Translations under genes and position numbers: made by a program | Source: Actinomycetota bacterium | GTDB lineage: Bacteria > Actinomycetota > CADDZG01 > JAHWKV01 | Assembly: GCA_035759705.1 (NCBI GenBank) | Contig: DASTUJ010000138.1 | Coordinates: 87 to 64,086, forward strand | Direction: 5' to 3' | Length of the DNA: 64,000 bases | Notes under the pieces: generated by a model | Told to the model about the DNA's origin: nothing | Seen by the model: only the letters and a program-made list of their open reading frames with translations | Database searches by the model: none | Shown: piece after piece, positions 1 through 8,700 of the stretch | Layout of the letters: every line of letters begins with the position of its first letter | Numbering within the stretch: position 1 is the stretch's first letter

Positions 1-7
1 TGGGAGC

Positions 8-1033
8 ATGGTTGACGTGTCAGCGACCATCTCGCCGGAAGCGCCGGAGACCTTCCCCGGGCCGGCCCGCCCTGCGATCGAGATCAGGGGACTGCGGAAG
101 GTCTACGGCGAGCTGGAGGCGGTGAAGGGCATCAACCTCGAGGTGCCCGCCGGCGAGATCTTCGGATTCCTCGGGCCCAATGGCGCCGGCAAGTCCACCA
201 CCATCAAGATACTCTGCACGCTCGTCCGCCCGACCTCGGGCGACGCCCTGGTGGCCGGCTACAACGTGGTCGAGGAGCGGACCGAGGTTCGGCGGCACAT
301 CGGGCTGGTCTTCCAGGAGCCCACCCTGGACGAGTACCTGACGGCCGAGCAGAACCTCAGGTTCCACGCCGAGATCTACGGCATCCCCCGGGCGGCGGTG
401 GCGTCGCGCCTGGAGTCGGTACTCAACATGGTCGGCCTGGCCGACCGCCGCAAGGACAAGGTCTCCACGTTCTCGGGCGGGCTCAAGCGCCGGCTCGAGA
501 TCGGCCGGGGCCTGCTGCACTCCCCGAGGGTGCTGTTTCTCGACGAGCCGACCATCGGTCTCGACCCGCAGTCCCGGGTGACTCTGTGGAAGTACGTCGA
601 CCAGCTGAGGGTCCAGGAGAGCATCACCGTCTTCCTCACCACCCATTACATGGACGAGGCGGAGCGCTGCGACCGGATTGCGATCATCGACCGGGGCGAG
701 ATCGTCGTCCTCGGGTCGCCGGCCGGCCTGAAGGCTAGCGTCGGCCAGGATCGGATCCGTATCCGGACCGCCGACGACACCGCAGCCGCCGAGACAATCA
801 TCACCGGCCTGGGGGTAAAGGCGATAGCCACCAAGGACGGGGTGGACGTGTTCACCGACGACGGTGAGGGTTTTGTGCCCCGGATCTTCGAGCTGGGCCT
901 CTCGGTGCAATCGGTCACGGTGACCAAGCCGACGCTGGACGACGTCTTCCTGGCCTACACCGGCAACCGGATCGACGACGCACCCGTGTCGGGCGGCATG
1001 CCCCCCGGGCCCTGGTCGAGGAAGCGCTCGTGA
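8..1033 (+). CDS. ABC transporter ATP-binding protein (DrrA-like, ABC-2 exporter family)
   Basis: Walker A GPNGAGKST, ABC signature LSGGLKRRL and Walker B LFLDEPT are all present. The 4-nt overlap with the downstream permease indicates an operon. Confidence 0.9.
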   Translation: MVDVSATISPEAPETFPGPARPAIEIRGLRKVYGELEAVKGINLEVPAGEIFGFLGPNGAGKSTTIKILCTLVRPTSGDALVAGYNVVEERTEVRRHIGLVFQEPTLDEYLTAEQNLRFHAEIYGIPRAAVASRLESVLNMVGLADRRKDKVSTFSGGLKRRLEIGRGLLHSPRVLFLDEPTIGLDPQSRVTLWKYVDQLRVQESITVFLTTHYMDEAERCDRIAIIDRGEIVVLGSPAGLKASVGQDRIRIRTADDTAAAETIITGLGVKAIATKDGVDVFTDDGEGFVPRIFELGLSVQSVTVTKPTLDDVFLAYTGNRIDDAPVSGGMPPGPWSRKRS

Positions 1034-1902
1034 CCACGGCGGCCGCCGCTCCCGAGCTGGAAATTGCCCCGGTCTCCGCCCCGGGCGGGGGTCTCGGCCA
1101 CGAGCTTCGGGCGATCAAGGTCGTCTGGAAGCGCGACCTGATCCGGTTCCGCAACGAGCGTGCCAGGATCCTGTCGAGCCTCATGCAGCCGCTGCTGTTC
1201 CTCTTCGTGCTCGGCAAGGGCCTGGCGGCCGTCGTGCCCGCCGAGGAGGGGACCGACTACTCGACTTTTCTGTTCCCGGGAGTCCTGATCACCGGCGTGA
1301 TGTTCACCGCGGTGTTCTCGGCGATCTCGATCGTGTGGGACCGGGAGTTCGGGTTTCTCCGGGAGATGCTCGTGGCGCCGGTCCGGCGGAGCAGCATCGT
1401 GATCGGCAAGTGCCTGGGCAGCGCAAGCATCGCCACCCTGCAGGGGATCGCGATCCTTTCGCTGGCCGGGCTGGTGCACATCCCCTACCACCCGCTGCTG
1501 CTGCTGGGGGGGACCGTGCTCACCTTCCTGGTCGCCTTCACAATCACCGCCTTCGGCCTGGTGCTGGCGGTCCGGGTCCAGTCGGTGCAGACGGTGATGC
1601 CCGTCATGCAGCTGCTGCTGACCCCGTTGATGTTCCTGTCGGGCTCGCTGTTTCCCATCGGGGGCAACATCCCGGCCTGGCTGTCGATTGCCACCAAGGT
1701 CAACCCGCTCAGCTACGGCGTGGACGCCACCCGCTCGCTGTTCTTTCACTTCCTGCCGGAGGGCGCGACCGGCGGTGCGCTGGTCGGGGGCATCACCTGG
1801 TTCGGCTGGCTGGTCCCGCCGTGGATGGACATCCTGATCGTCCTGGGAACCGGCATGGCGCTGCTCAGCGTCGCCTGCATCCTGTTTTCCAAAACCGAGT
1901 AG
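1030..1902 (+). CDS. ABC-2 type transporter permease (DrrB-like)
   Basis: A 290-aa polytopic membrane protein translationally coupled to the upstream ABC ATPase. It has typical ABC-2 permease hydrophobic segments. Confidence 0.85.
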   Translation: MTTAAAAPELEIAPVSAPGGGLGHELRAIKVVWKRDLIRFRNERARILSSLMQPLLFLFVLGKGLAAVVPAEEGTDYSTFLFPGVLITGVMFTAVFSAISIVWDREFGFLREMLVAPVRRSSIVIGKCLGSASIATLQGIAILSLAGLVHIPYHPLLLLGGTVLTFLVAFTITAFGLVLAVRVQSVQTVMPVMQLLLTPLMFLSGSLFPIGGNIPAWLSIATKVNPLSYGVDATRSLFFHFLPEGATGGALVGGITWFGWLVPPWMDILIVLGTGMALLSVACILFSKTE

Positions 1903-1942
1903 CCTCCACCAAGATGGTGCCCGCCCCGACTGGAGGCGCTTC

Positions 1943-3400
1943 GTGGACCTGGTAACCGGCTTCGGCCTCATCGGTGTGACCGTGATCGTGTCCGGCCTGG
2001 TGGCCGGATTGGTCGACCGGGGGCCGGTATCGTTCCCGATGATCTTTCTCGGGCTGGGCCTGGCGCTCGGGGCTGCCGGCGTGCTGGACGTGGGTGTGCA
2101 CGACCCGTCGCTGGAGGTCGTCGCCGCGCTCACCCTGTCCCTGGTCCTGTTCATGGATGCCTTCAGCCTGGAGGGCGGCGGGTCGCGCAAGGACTGGCTT
2201 GTCCCGGCGCTGGTCCTCGGCCCCGGCACGGCGCTTGTGATCCTGGTGGTCGCCGGGTCGGCCATCCTGCTGTTCGACGTGCGGCCGATCTCCGCTTTCA
2301 TCCTGGGGGCGGTTCTCTCCTCCACCGACGCGGTGGTTCTCAGAGATGTCGTCCGGGACGACCGGGTGCCGCGGCCGGTGAGGCGGGTCCTGTCGGTGGA
2401 GGCGGGGACCAACGACATCATCGTCCTGCCCCTCCTGCTCGTCCTGATCGCAGTGGCCGGGGGCGACGCTTCCGGCAACGGCGCCGGAGACTGGGCGCTG
2501 TTCGGCCTGAAGATCTTTGTCATAGGACCCGCCGTGGGCGCTGCGGTGGGCGCGGTCGGCGCCTGGCTGATGGCACGAGCCGACGCCCGGCACTCGGTCC
2601 GGCGCGAGTACCAGGCGCTCTACGGCGTCGGCCTCGTTTTGAGCTCATATGCCGCCGCGGTCGCGGTCGGGGGCGACGGCTTTTTGGCTGCGTTCTTTGC
2701 CGGCCTGGCGATCACGGCCCTCGACCAGACCTTGTGCGACTGCTTCCTGGAGTTCGGCGATGCTGCGGCGGAGATTTCGATGCTGTTGACGTTCGTCCTG
2801 TTTGGCGCCCTGCTCTCGACCGAGCTGGGTTCGGTCCCGCTGGTGAGCGGCCTGGCCCTCGCCGCTATCGTGATCTTCGTGGCCCGGCCGCTCGCCATCG
2901 AACTGGTGCTCAGCGTGCGGCAGGCCGCTCTCAGCCGGGCTGCCCGGGCGTTCATCGCCTGGTTCGGCCCCCGGGGCCTCAACTCCCTGCTTTTCGCTCT
3001 GCTCGTAGTGGCAGGCGAGGTGCCGGAGGGCGAGTTCCTCCTGGCGGTGACCGGCATGGTGGTCCTGGTGTCGGTTGTGGGGCACGGCGCCAGCGCGACG
3101 CCGGTGTCCTCCTGGTACGGCCGCAAGGTTGCAGCGGAGGTGCTGGCGGAGGAGCGCTTCGGCACCGCCACCGGCCTGTTCGAGCAGAAGGAGCAGACCT
3201 CCGACCGCATCAGCCCGGCCCGCCTGGCCGAGATGATGGAGAGCGACGACTCCCCGCTCGTGGTGGATGTCCGAACCCGATCGCAGCATGACCGCGATGC
3301 GGTGAAGATCCCCGGCAGCATCCGGGTTCTGCCCGACTCGATCCCCGAGTGGGTCTCCGACCAGCTGAAGGACCGGCCCTACGTCCTGTACTGCACCTGA
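1943..3400 (+). CDS. CPA1-family Na+(K+)/H+ antiporter fused to a C-terminal rhodanese-like domain, which is interrupted by an in-frame TGA
   Basis: The N-terminal ~400 aa are multi-TM with an NhaP/CPA1-like GAVLSSTDAV motif. The C-terminus (SPLVVDVRTRSQHDRDAVKIPGSIRVLP...YVLYCT) is a rhodanese fold that stops at TGA 3398-3400, inside the active-site loop. Confidence 0.75.
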   Translation: MDLVTGFGLIGVTVIVSGLVAGLVDRGPVSFPMIFLGLGLALGAAGVLDVGVHDPSLEVVAALTLSLVLFMDAFSLEGGGSRKDWLVPALVLGPGTALVILVVAGSAILLFDVRPISAFILGAVLSSTDAVVLRDVVRDDRVPRPVRRVLSVEAGTNDIIVLPLLLVLIAVAGGDASGNGAGDWALFGLKIFVIGPAVGAAVGAVGAWLMARADARHSVRREYQALYGVGLVLSSYAAAVAVGGDGFLAAFFAGLAITALDQTLCDCFLEFGDAAAEISMLLTFVLFGALLSTELGSVPLVSGLALAAIVIFVARPLAIELVLSVRQAALSRAARAFIAWFGPRGLNSLLFALLVVAGEVPEGEFLLAVTGMVVLVSVVGHGASATPVSSWYGRKVAAEVLAEERFGTATGLFEQKEQTSDRISPARLAEMMESDDSPLVVDVRTRSQHDRDAVKIPGSIRVLPDSIPEWVSDQLKDRPYVLYCT

Positions 3401-3538
3401 CCGAGCGAGGCCACCAGCGCCCGTGCGGCGCAACACATGAAGTCGAAGGGGTTCAGCCGGGTGTGGGCCCTGGAGGGAGGCCTCGACGCGTGGAGGGCCG
3501 GCTTCCCGGTGGAGGAGATGGTCACGCCGTCTGTCTAG
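3401..3538 (+). other. In-frame continuation of the rhodanese domain after TGA (PSEATSARAAQHMKSKGFSRVWALEGGLDAWRAGFPVEE...). It is either a readthrough or selenocysteine extension, or a pseudogenised tail
   Basis: The 45 codons after the TGA stay in frame and encode the conserved rhodanese C-terminal helix/strand (K.GF..V..L.GG...W..G.PV), ending at TAG 3536-3538. Confidence 0.5.
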
Positions 3539-5055
3539 AACTGGTCCCGGAGGGTCACCAGCTGGTCGACCGGGGCGTAGTCGTCGGTCAGCACCCGGGC
3601 TTTGCCCATGAACGACTTATACCGATCGCCCTCGATCAGGGTGAACTCCGGCGCCCGAGCGGCCAGCTCGGCCCGGATCGCCTCCACCGGCAGGGGGCTT
3701 TCCGACCCGACCATCACGAGGTTGTCGCCGCTACGGCCGGCGGCGACGTCGGGCCGGGTGATCAGGGCGACGTGCGGGAACACCTCCGCGATCGTCGCCG
3801 CCTCGGCCCGGGCGAACAGAAGGGGCGCAAAGTCGATGACGTTCACCAGGTAGATGCCGTCCGGGCGCAGGATGCGGCGGATCTGTTGGGCGGTCTCGAC
3901 CGTCGTCAGGTGCCAGGGCACCGCCAGCCCGCCGAAGGCGTCCTCCACGACGACGTCGCGGCTGGCGTCGGCCTGGTCTCTGAGAGCCACCCGGCCGTCA
4001 CCCACGTGCGCCTCGATGCCGTCGCCCAACTTCAGGCCGAGGCTCTTGACATCCAGGTCGACCACCCCCTGGTCGATCTCCAGCACCAGGTTGTCGGATC
4101 CGGGCCGGGTGAAGTCGAGGTACCTGGGGATGCTGAACCCACCGCCGCCGATGTGAAGCGCATCTATCGGCTTCTCCGGCTTGGCTGCATCGATCACCGC
4201 GGCAAATGAGCGGGTGTAGGAGAACTCCAGGTAGGAGGGGTCCTCGATGTCCACGTAGGAGTGAAAGAGCGTGTCCATGCGCAGCGTCCGTCCCGAGGGC
4301 CGGGTCGGGTCCACGACCACCTTGGCGCAGTGGTACGCCGTCTCCACGTCACACGGCGGAGGGAAGAACGACGAAGCACCGACTCCGGCCGCGGCGAACA
4401 GCAAAAGCCCGTAGGCCGCACGGTTGGCCCGCAGCTTGACTGTCAATATCAGCCCGAGCACGATCAGCGTGCCCCCCAGGGCCAGCAGGATGCGGCTCGT
4501 GGGCAGCTCGGCGACCAGCAGGAAGCCGGTGGCGAAGGTTGCCACCAGTGCCCCTAGCGTGCCGACTCCCGAAAGTCGCCCGACCACCCGGCCGGTCTCG
4601 TCCAGAGCCTGCAGCCGCAGCTTTACGACCAGCGGAGTGACCGCCGCCAGCAGGGCGGCCGGGGCGAGGATGGACACCGCCGCCATTACCAGAACCGAGG
4701 TGGCGTTGCCTCCCCGGACCTGCTCGCCGGTGAACCGCACTGCGGGCCCAACGAACAACACCAGGATGCCGGCCAGCAGGATCATCGGGCCCAGCAGCTT
4801 TTGTGGAGGCACCGCGTCGGCAGCGCGTCCGCCCAACCACGCGCCGAGGGCAATGGCGCCGAGGGCGAAGCCGATGACCCCGGTGCTCATCTCCAGCGTG
4901 AGCCCCAGGTAGGGCGCCACCAGGCGAAGGCTGAGGATCTCGAGCATGAGGATCGCCCCCGAGGTGATGAAGACCAGCCACCCCGCAGCGGCGGCGTTCA
5001 GCCCGGGGGCATCAACCGGCGTTGGTGCAGGCTCTTGCGGCGCGTCGTTATCCAA
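3535..5055 (-). CDS. speE: Membrane-anchored spermidine/spermine synthase-like aminopropyltransferase
   Basis: The N-terminal ~220 aa are polytopic. The C-terminal domain has the spermidine-synthase fold motifs (DALHIGGGGFSIPRYL, VVEDAFGGLAVPWHLTT, LRPDGIYLVNVID). Confidence 0.8.
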   Translation of the reverse strand: MDNDAPQEPAPTPVDAPGLNAAAAGWLVFITSGAILMLEILSLRLVAPYLGLTLEMSTGVIGFALGAIALGAWLGGRAADAVPPQKLLGPMILLAGILVLFVGPAVRFTGEQVRGGNATSVLVMAAVSILAPAALLAAVTPLVVKLRLQALDETGRVVGRLSGVGTLGALVATFATGFLLVAELPTSRILLALGGTLIVLGLILTVKLRANRAAYGLLLFAAAGVGASSFFPPPCDVETAYHCAKVVVDPTRPSGRTLRMDTLFHSYVDIEDPSYLEFSYTRSFAAVIDAAKPEKPIDALHIGGGGFSIPRYLDFTRPGSDNLVLEIDQGVVDLDVKSLGLKLGDGIEAHVGDGRVALRDQADASRDVVVEDAFGGLAVPWHLTTVETAQQIRRILRPDGIYLVNVIDFAPLLFARAEAATIAEVFPHVALITRPDVAAGRSGDNLVMVGSESPLPVEAIRAELAARAPEFTLIEGDRYKSFMGKARVLTDDYAPVDQLVTLRDQF

Positions 5056-5245
5056 GGAGTCGGCTCGATTCGTCTTGAGGGGTAACTCAGCCGATACTAC
5101 GACCGAAGCCGCACGAAGCCCTCAAAACGGCCGCGCCAAAGCGCCTGAAAGGCAGGTGGTGCAGGGGGAGGGACGTTCGAAAAGAAGGGGAAACTCACGC
5201 CGGTTACTCCTGCTTCAGTTTCGCCGGCGTGTTGGGTTTGTTTGT

Positions 5246-5425
5246 TTAGGCTGCGCCTCGCTGCAGGTGGGCGTGCCGGGGACGGCTCATAGCGTCCATG
5301 AACTCGTTCCAGTGCTCGGCATCCCGAGAACATTCGCCGCCCTCTTTGTAGACTTCGCCACAAAAAGCACAGGTCCAATCGGTGGAGATCTGCTGCTGCA
5401 CGATTTCTGCTCGCTTCAGGAACAA
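5246..5425 (-). CDS. Small hypothetical Cys-containing protein (possible zinc-ribbon-like)
   Basis: A 59-aa ORF (TTG start) sits in a 430-bp lower-GC intergenic gap. A strong SD (AAAGGAGGTG) lies upstream, and CAFCGEVYKEGGEC...H could be a metal site. A weak hairpin follows the stop. Confidence 0.3.
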   Translation of the reverse strand: MFLKRAEIVQQQISTDWTCAFCGEVYKEGGECSRDAEHWNEFMDAMSRPRHAHLQRGAA

Positions 5426-5523
5426 ACGACCCACCTCCTTTCGAACTCGATGTTTTCGTCTGATCCATCTGTACCCGGCAAAGCCCCTTTAAAACCCCGC
5501 GAAATTCTGTTATGGGGCCGGAG

Positions 5524-6369
5524 TCAGCGGGTGGGCGCCAGCCGGCCGTAGATTGCGATGCCGATCACTGCGGCCCACAGGCCCGCCAGGAGCGGTGCCG
5601 CCTCGGTTCCGAACACCACAAAAGCGGCCAGGCCGGTGCCCAGGGCAAGCAGCCGGGCGGCCTTCAGCCGTTCGGGTTCGATGGTCTGGCGGGTCCGGTC
5701 GCACCTCGACCGGGGGACGTAGTGCCCGATCGCCGGGAAGGCGGCCAGGGCGGCTGCGACGACAGCCCACCCGAGCCAACCGCCGGTGACGAACCCGGTC
5801 CCCAGGGTGTCCCGGAACAGCGTGACCGCGACGGTTGCGGCCAGGGTCAGGGCTGCCCCAACGTGATTGCGCCGGGGGCCGGGTTCGGGCAGCAGGGTGT
5901 CCCAGACGAGGGCGACGGCTACTGCGACCCCTCCGATCCACCCCCGCGGAAGCCAGGCGAAGGCTGCGGCGAGAACCGGCGCCGCCACCAGGTCAAGAAG
6001 GCTCGGCTGCTTGCCGGTGCTGCGGCCGGCGATCCGCAGCGCCATCAGGACGCCCACCGACGCTCCGGCCGCTTCGCTGCCGCCTGCCAGGATCAGGGCG
6101 GCAACTGCCGCCGCCACAAAGGCCGAGCGGGGGAAGTCGGGGTCAAGCTCCCGGGCGATCGCCCAGGACAAAAAGAGCATCACTGCGGCGTTTGCGGCGA
6201 CCGCTACGGCTGCAGCGGGCTCCCGGCCATCGATCACCTGGATCGCCAGCACTGCGGCAAATGTAACGGCGCAACACCCGAAGATCGTCAGGTGCGAGGA
6301 GTTCCTGGGGCTGAGTCCCCGCCAGAGGGTCGAGTTGCCGATGACTGCCGCGAGCCCGGAGGGGCTCAC
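5524..6369 (-). CDS. Hypothetical polytopic membrane protein (start uncertain)
   Basis: This is the C-terminal part of a long run-on ORF. It is Ala/Leu/Gly-rich with at least 6 predicted TM helices. The boundary is placed where the S9 peptidase gene ends. Confidence 0.5.
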   Translation of the reverse strand: MSPSGLAAVIGNSTLWRGLSPRNSSHLTIFGCCAVTFAAVLAIQVIDGREPAAAVAVAANAAVMLFLSWAIARELDPDFPRSAFVAAAVAALILAGGSEAAGASVGVLMALRIAGRSTGKQPSLLDLVAAPVLAAAFAWLPRGWIGGVAVAVALVWDTLLPEPGPRRNHVGAALTLAATVAVTLFRDTLGTGFVTGGWLGWAVVAAALAAFPAIGHYVPRSRCDRTRQTIEPERLKAARLLALGTGLAAFVVFGTEAAPLLAGLWAAVIGIAIYGRLAPTR

Positions 6370-8321
6370 GAAGGTCTGGCGGCTATCGCGTCGGCGTTCT
6401 CGATGTCTACCGGGGGCAGGTCGTCGGCCGGCGTGAACCCGAGGATCCGCCCGTAGAAGTACAGCTCGGCCTCGGCGGTGCGTTTGATGTTCTCCGCCTT
6501 GCGAAATCCGTGCTGCTCCCCCTCGTACGCCAGGTAGGCGAAGGGAACTCCCTTGGTGCGAAGGGCGCCGGCCATCCGCTCGGCCTGATCCGGCGGGACG
6601 ATCTTGTCCTCCAGGCCCTGGAACAGGATCAGCGGGGTGTCGAGAAGTTCCGTGTGGAAGATGGGCGAGCGCTCCTCGTAGAGCGCCCTGGCCTCGGGCC
6701 ACGGTCCGATCAGGTTGTCCAGATAGCGGGACTCGAACTTGTGGGTGTCCTCCGCCAGGGCTCCGGCGTCGGCAACCCCGAAGTGGCTTCCCCCGCAGGC
6801 GAAGGCGTCCCGGAAGGTGAGGGCGCACAGGGTGGTGTAACCCCCGGCGCTGCCTCCCCGGATCACCAAACGGTCGCCGTCGGCCTCGCCCCGCTCGGCC
6901 AGGTAGCGGGCGGCGTTGATGCAGTCGTCGACGTCGACCACCCCCCAGGTTCCGTTCAGACGCCTGCGGTACTCGCGGCCGTAGCCGGTGCTGCCGCCGT
7001 AGTTGACGTCGACCACCCCGATTCCCCGGGTGGTCCAAAACTGGATCCCCAGGTTGAGGGCCGACCATGTCGCCGAGGTCGGCCCGCCGTGGCTGATCAC
7101 GATAAGGGGAGGCAGCTCGCCCTCGACACCGGTGTATTCGGGGTGGTGCGGGGCGTAGAAGAGCGCGTGGGCGGTCAGCCCGCCCTCGGTGGGGAACTCG
7201 ATGGCCCGGGGCTCGGAGATCATCTCGGCCGGTATCGTGAGCTCCCGGCTTCGCCGGATGACCCGGGAGTTGCCTTCGGGCAGGTCGATCTCCACCACCG
7301 CCGGCGCCTGCGCGGCTCCGGCGGCGATCGCAACCACGCCCGTCCGGGACGGCCGGATCGAGTTCAAAACCGTGAACGGGAGGTCGACCGGCGTGAACCG
7401 GTCCTCTCCGGGCTTCATGACCCCGAGCCGGTCCAGGCCCGCCTCTCCCCAGATCGCGGCCAGCGAACCCCCGGCCAGGAATGTGTAGCTGGACTGGCCG
7501 AAGACCCAGTCCGGCCCGGAGAACTCGGAATCCATCGGCGCCACCGATCGGGGGCCTGCCGGCTCGTCGGCGTAGATGTTCCACCAGCCGCTGCGGTCGG
7601 AGATGAAGTAGAGCTGCCCGTCGGGGGACCAGCGGGGCTGGGTAACCGACTCGTCCCGCCCTCCGGCGACCTTGCGCGGTTTGCCGAGCGTCAGGTTCGG
7701 CCCGACCGGCGCCTCCCAGAGCTCGGTGCCGTCCCAAGGCATGTTGGGGTGGTCCCAGCTCACCCAGGCCAGGCGGTCGCCTGCCGGGCTGAGGCGCGGT
7801 GAGGCGTAGAAGTCGTGGCCGCCGAACAGGTCCTGGGGGTCGTCGGTCCCGTCCGCCGAGATGGCTGCGATCTCGTTGACCACCCCCTGGGCGGTGTGGC
7901 GCTCCCGGACACAGACGACCCAGCGGCCGTCGGGGGACACCACCGGGTCGGCGTATCGCTCGGACATCGGTTCGCCGGGCTGGGGTGTGATCGCCTGAGG
8001 CTCTTCGCCGGGGTCGAGGCGGTAGAGGCGCTGGTCGGAGAAGTTCGAGAAGAAGACCGATTCGCCGTAAACCGCGTGCGCCAGGCCGCCGTACTCGTGA
8101 ACGAGGGTGCGGGCGGCGAACCCCTCCGGCAGAACGTCGCCGATCGTCCCGTCCGCCGCCCTGCGGACGATCACGTACCGGCCGGCCTCGGCCGGGCGCA
8201 TCTCCAGCCAGAGCACGTCGTCGCCCTGGGCCATGGGGTAGCTGAGGGTGACTGCCTTCTCGACCAGAAGGTCGGCGGTGATGGGAGACGGCCAGGAGCC
8301 GTAGGGAAGTGGGGTGCTCAC
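6366..8321 (-). CDS. S9 family serine peptidase (prolyl oligopeptidase / acylaminoacyl-peptidase-like)
   Basis: 651 aa. An N-terminal beta-propeller region is followed by an alpha/beta hydrolase domain containing GGSAGG (nucleophile elbow GxSxGG) and downstream Asp and His residues. Confidence 0.9.
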   Translation of the reverse strand: MSTPLPYGSWPSPITADLLVEKAVTLSYPMAQGDDVLWLEMRPAEAGRYVIVRRAADGTIGDVLPEGFAARTLVHEYGGLAHAVYGESVFFSNFSDQRLYRLDPGEEPQAITPQPGEPMSERYADPVVSPDGRWVVCVRERHTAQGVVNEIAAISADGTDDPQDLFGGHDFYASPRLSPAGDRLAWVSWDHPNMPWDGTELWEAPVGPNLTLGKPRKVAGGRDESVTQPRWSPDGQLYFISDRSGWWNIYADEPAGPRSVAPMDSEFSGPDWVFGQSSYTFLAGGSLAAIWGEAGLDRLGVMKPGEDRFTPVDLPFTVLNSIRPSRTGVVAIAAGAAQAPAVVEIDLPEGNSRVIRRSRELTIPAEMISEPRAIEFPTEGGLTAHALFYAPHHPEYTGVEGELPPLIVISHGGPTSATWSALNLGIQFWTTRGIGVVDVNYGGSTGYGREYRRRLNGTWGVVDVDDCINAARYLAERGEADGDRLVIRGGSAGGYTTLCALTFRDAFACGGSHFGVADAGALAEDTHKFESRYLDNLIGPWPEARALYEERSPIFHTELLDTPLILFQGLEDKIVPPDQAERMAGALRTKGVPFAYLAYEGEQHGFRKAENIKRTAEAELYFYGRILGFTPADDLPPVDIENADAIAARPS

Positions 8322-8379
8322 AGGTTCAGGTTACCCGGCACGCGCTTGTTGAACCCGGTCGGATTCCTACGCGGGCGGA

Positions 8380-8616
8380 TCAGCTACAGCTGGGACAGGC
8401 CCCTGCGCCGCACGAAGGCGCGGGCCCGGAGTTGCCCGACGCCCGCTCGACGTTGTTGGGGCTGGTGCGCCCGCCCATGCCGGCGATCACCGACATCAGG
8501 CGTCGGGGCCGGCCGGCGCCGCAGGACGGGCAGGTGGCTTCGTCGACCTTGGCGGACGAGATCAACGTCTCGAACTCTTTTTCACATGCGGAGCATCTGA
8601 ACTCATAGATAGGCAT
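8380..8616 (-). CDS. FmdB-family zinc-ribbon protein
   Basis: MPIYEFRCSACEKEFETL...CPSCG is the canonical FmdB putative regulatory zinc-ribbon. The 78-aa ORF is embedded in the 3' end of a long antisense run-on ORF. Confidence 0.8.
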   Translation of the reverse strand: MPIYEFRCSACEKEFETLISSAKVDEATCPSCGAGRPRRLMSVIAGMGGRTSPNNVERASGNSGPAPSCGAGACPSCS

Positions 8617-8700
8617 GCGGAAAGTGTAGTCCGATCTCGTCCGGGAAACGTTCACAATGAAAGCTGCAGCTTTTTGCGGGCGAAGACGGGAGGACCGGGC

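Noticed and set aside
955-2523. 522-aa minus ORF antisense to the ABC permease/antiporter
   Set aside because: Arg/Pro/Ser-rich low-complexity translation typical of antisense GC-rich frames. It overlaps two well-supported plus-strand genes.
3349-4209. 286-aa plus ORF overlapping the rhodanese tail and the speE-like gene
   Set aside because: It is an alternative frame. The rhodanese continuation is in the antiporter's frame, and the minus-strand speE-like gene has clear motifs.
5524-7802. 737-aa minus ORF (5524-7737) and 430-aa plus ORF (6510-7802)
   Set aside because: They are run-on or antisense frames across the S9 peptidase gene in high-GC DNA with low-complexity Arg/Gly/Pro translation. 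Only the 3' end (5524-6369) of the 737-aa ORF looks like a real membrane protein.
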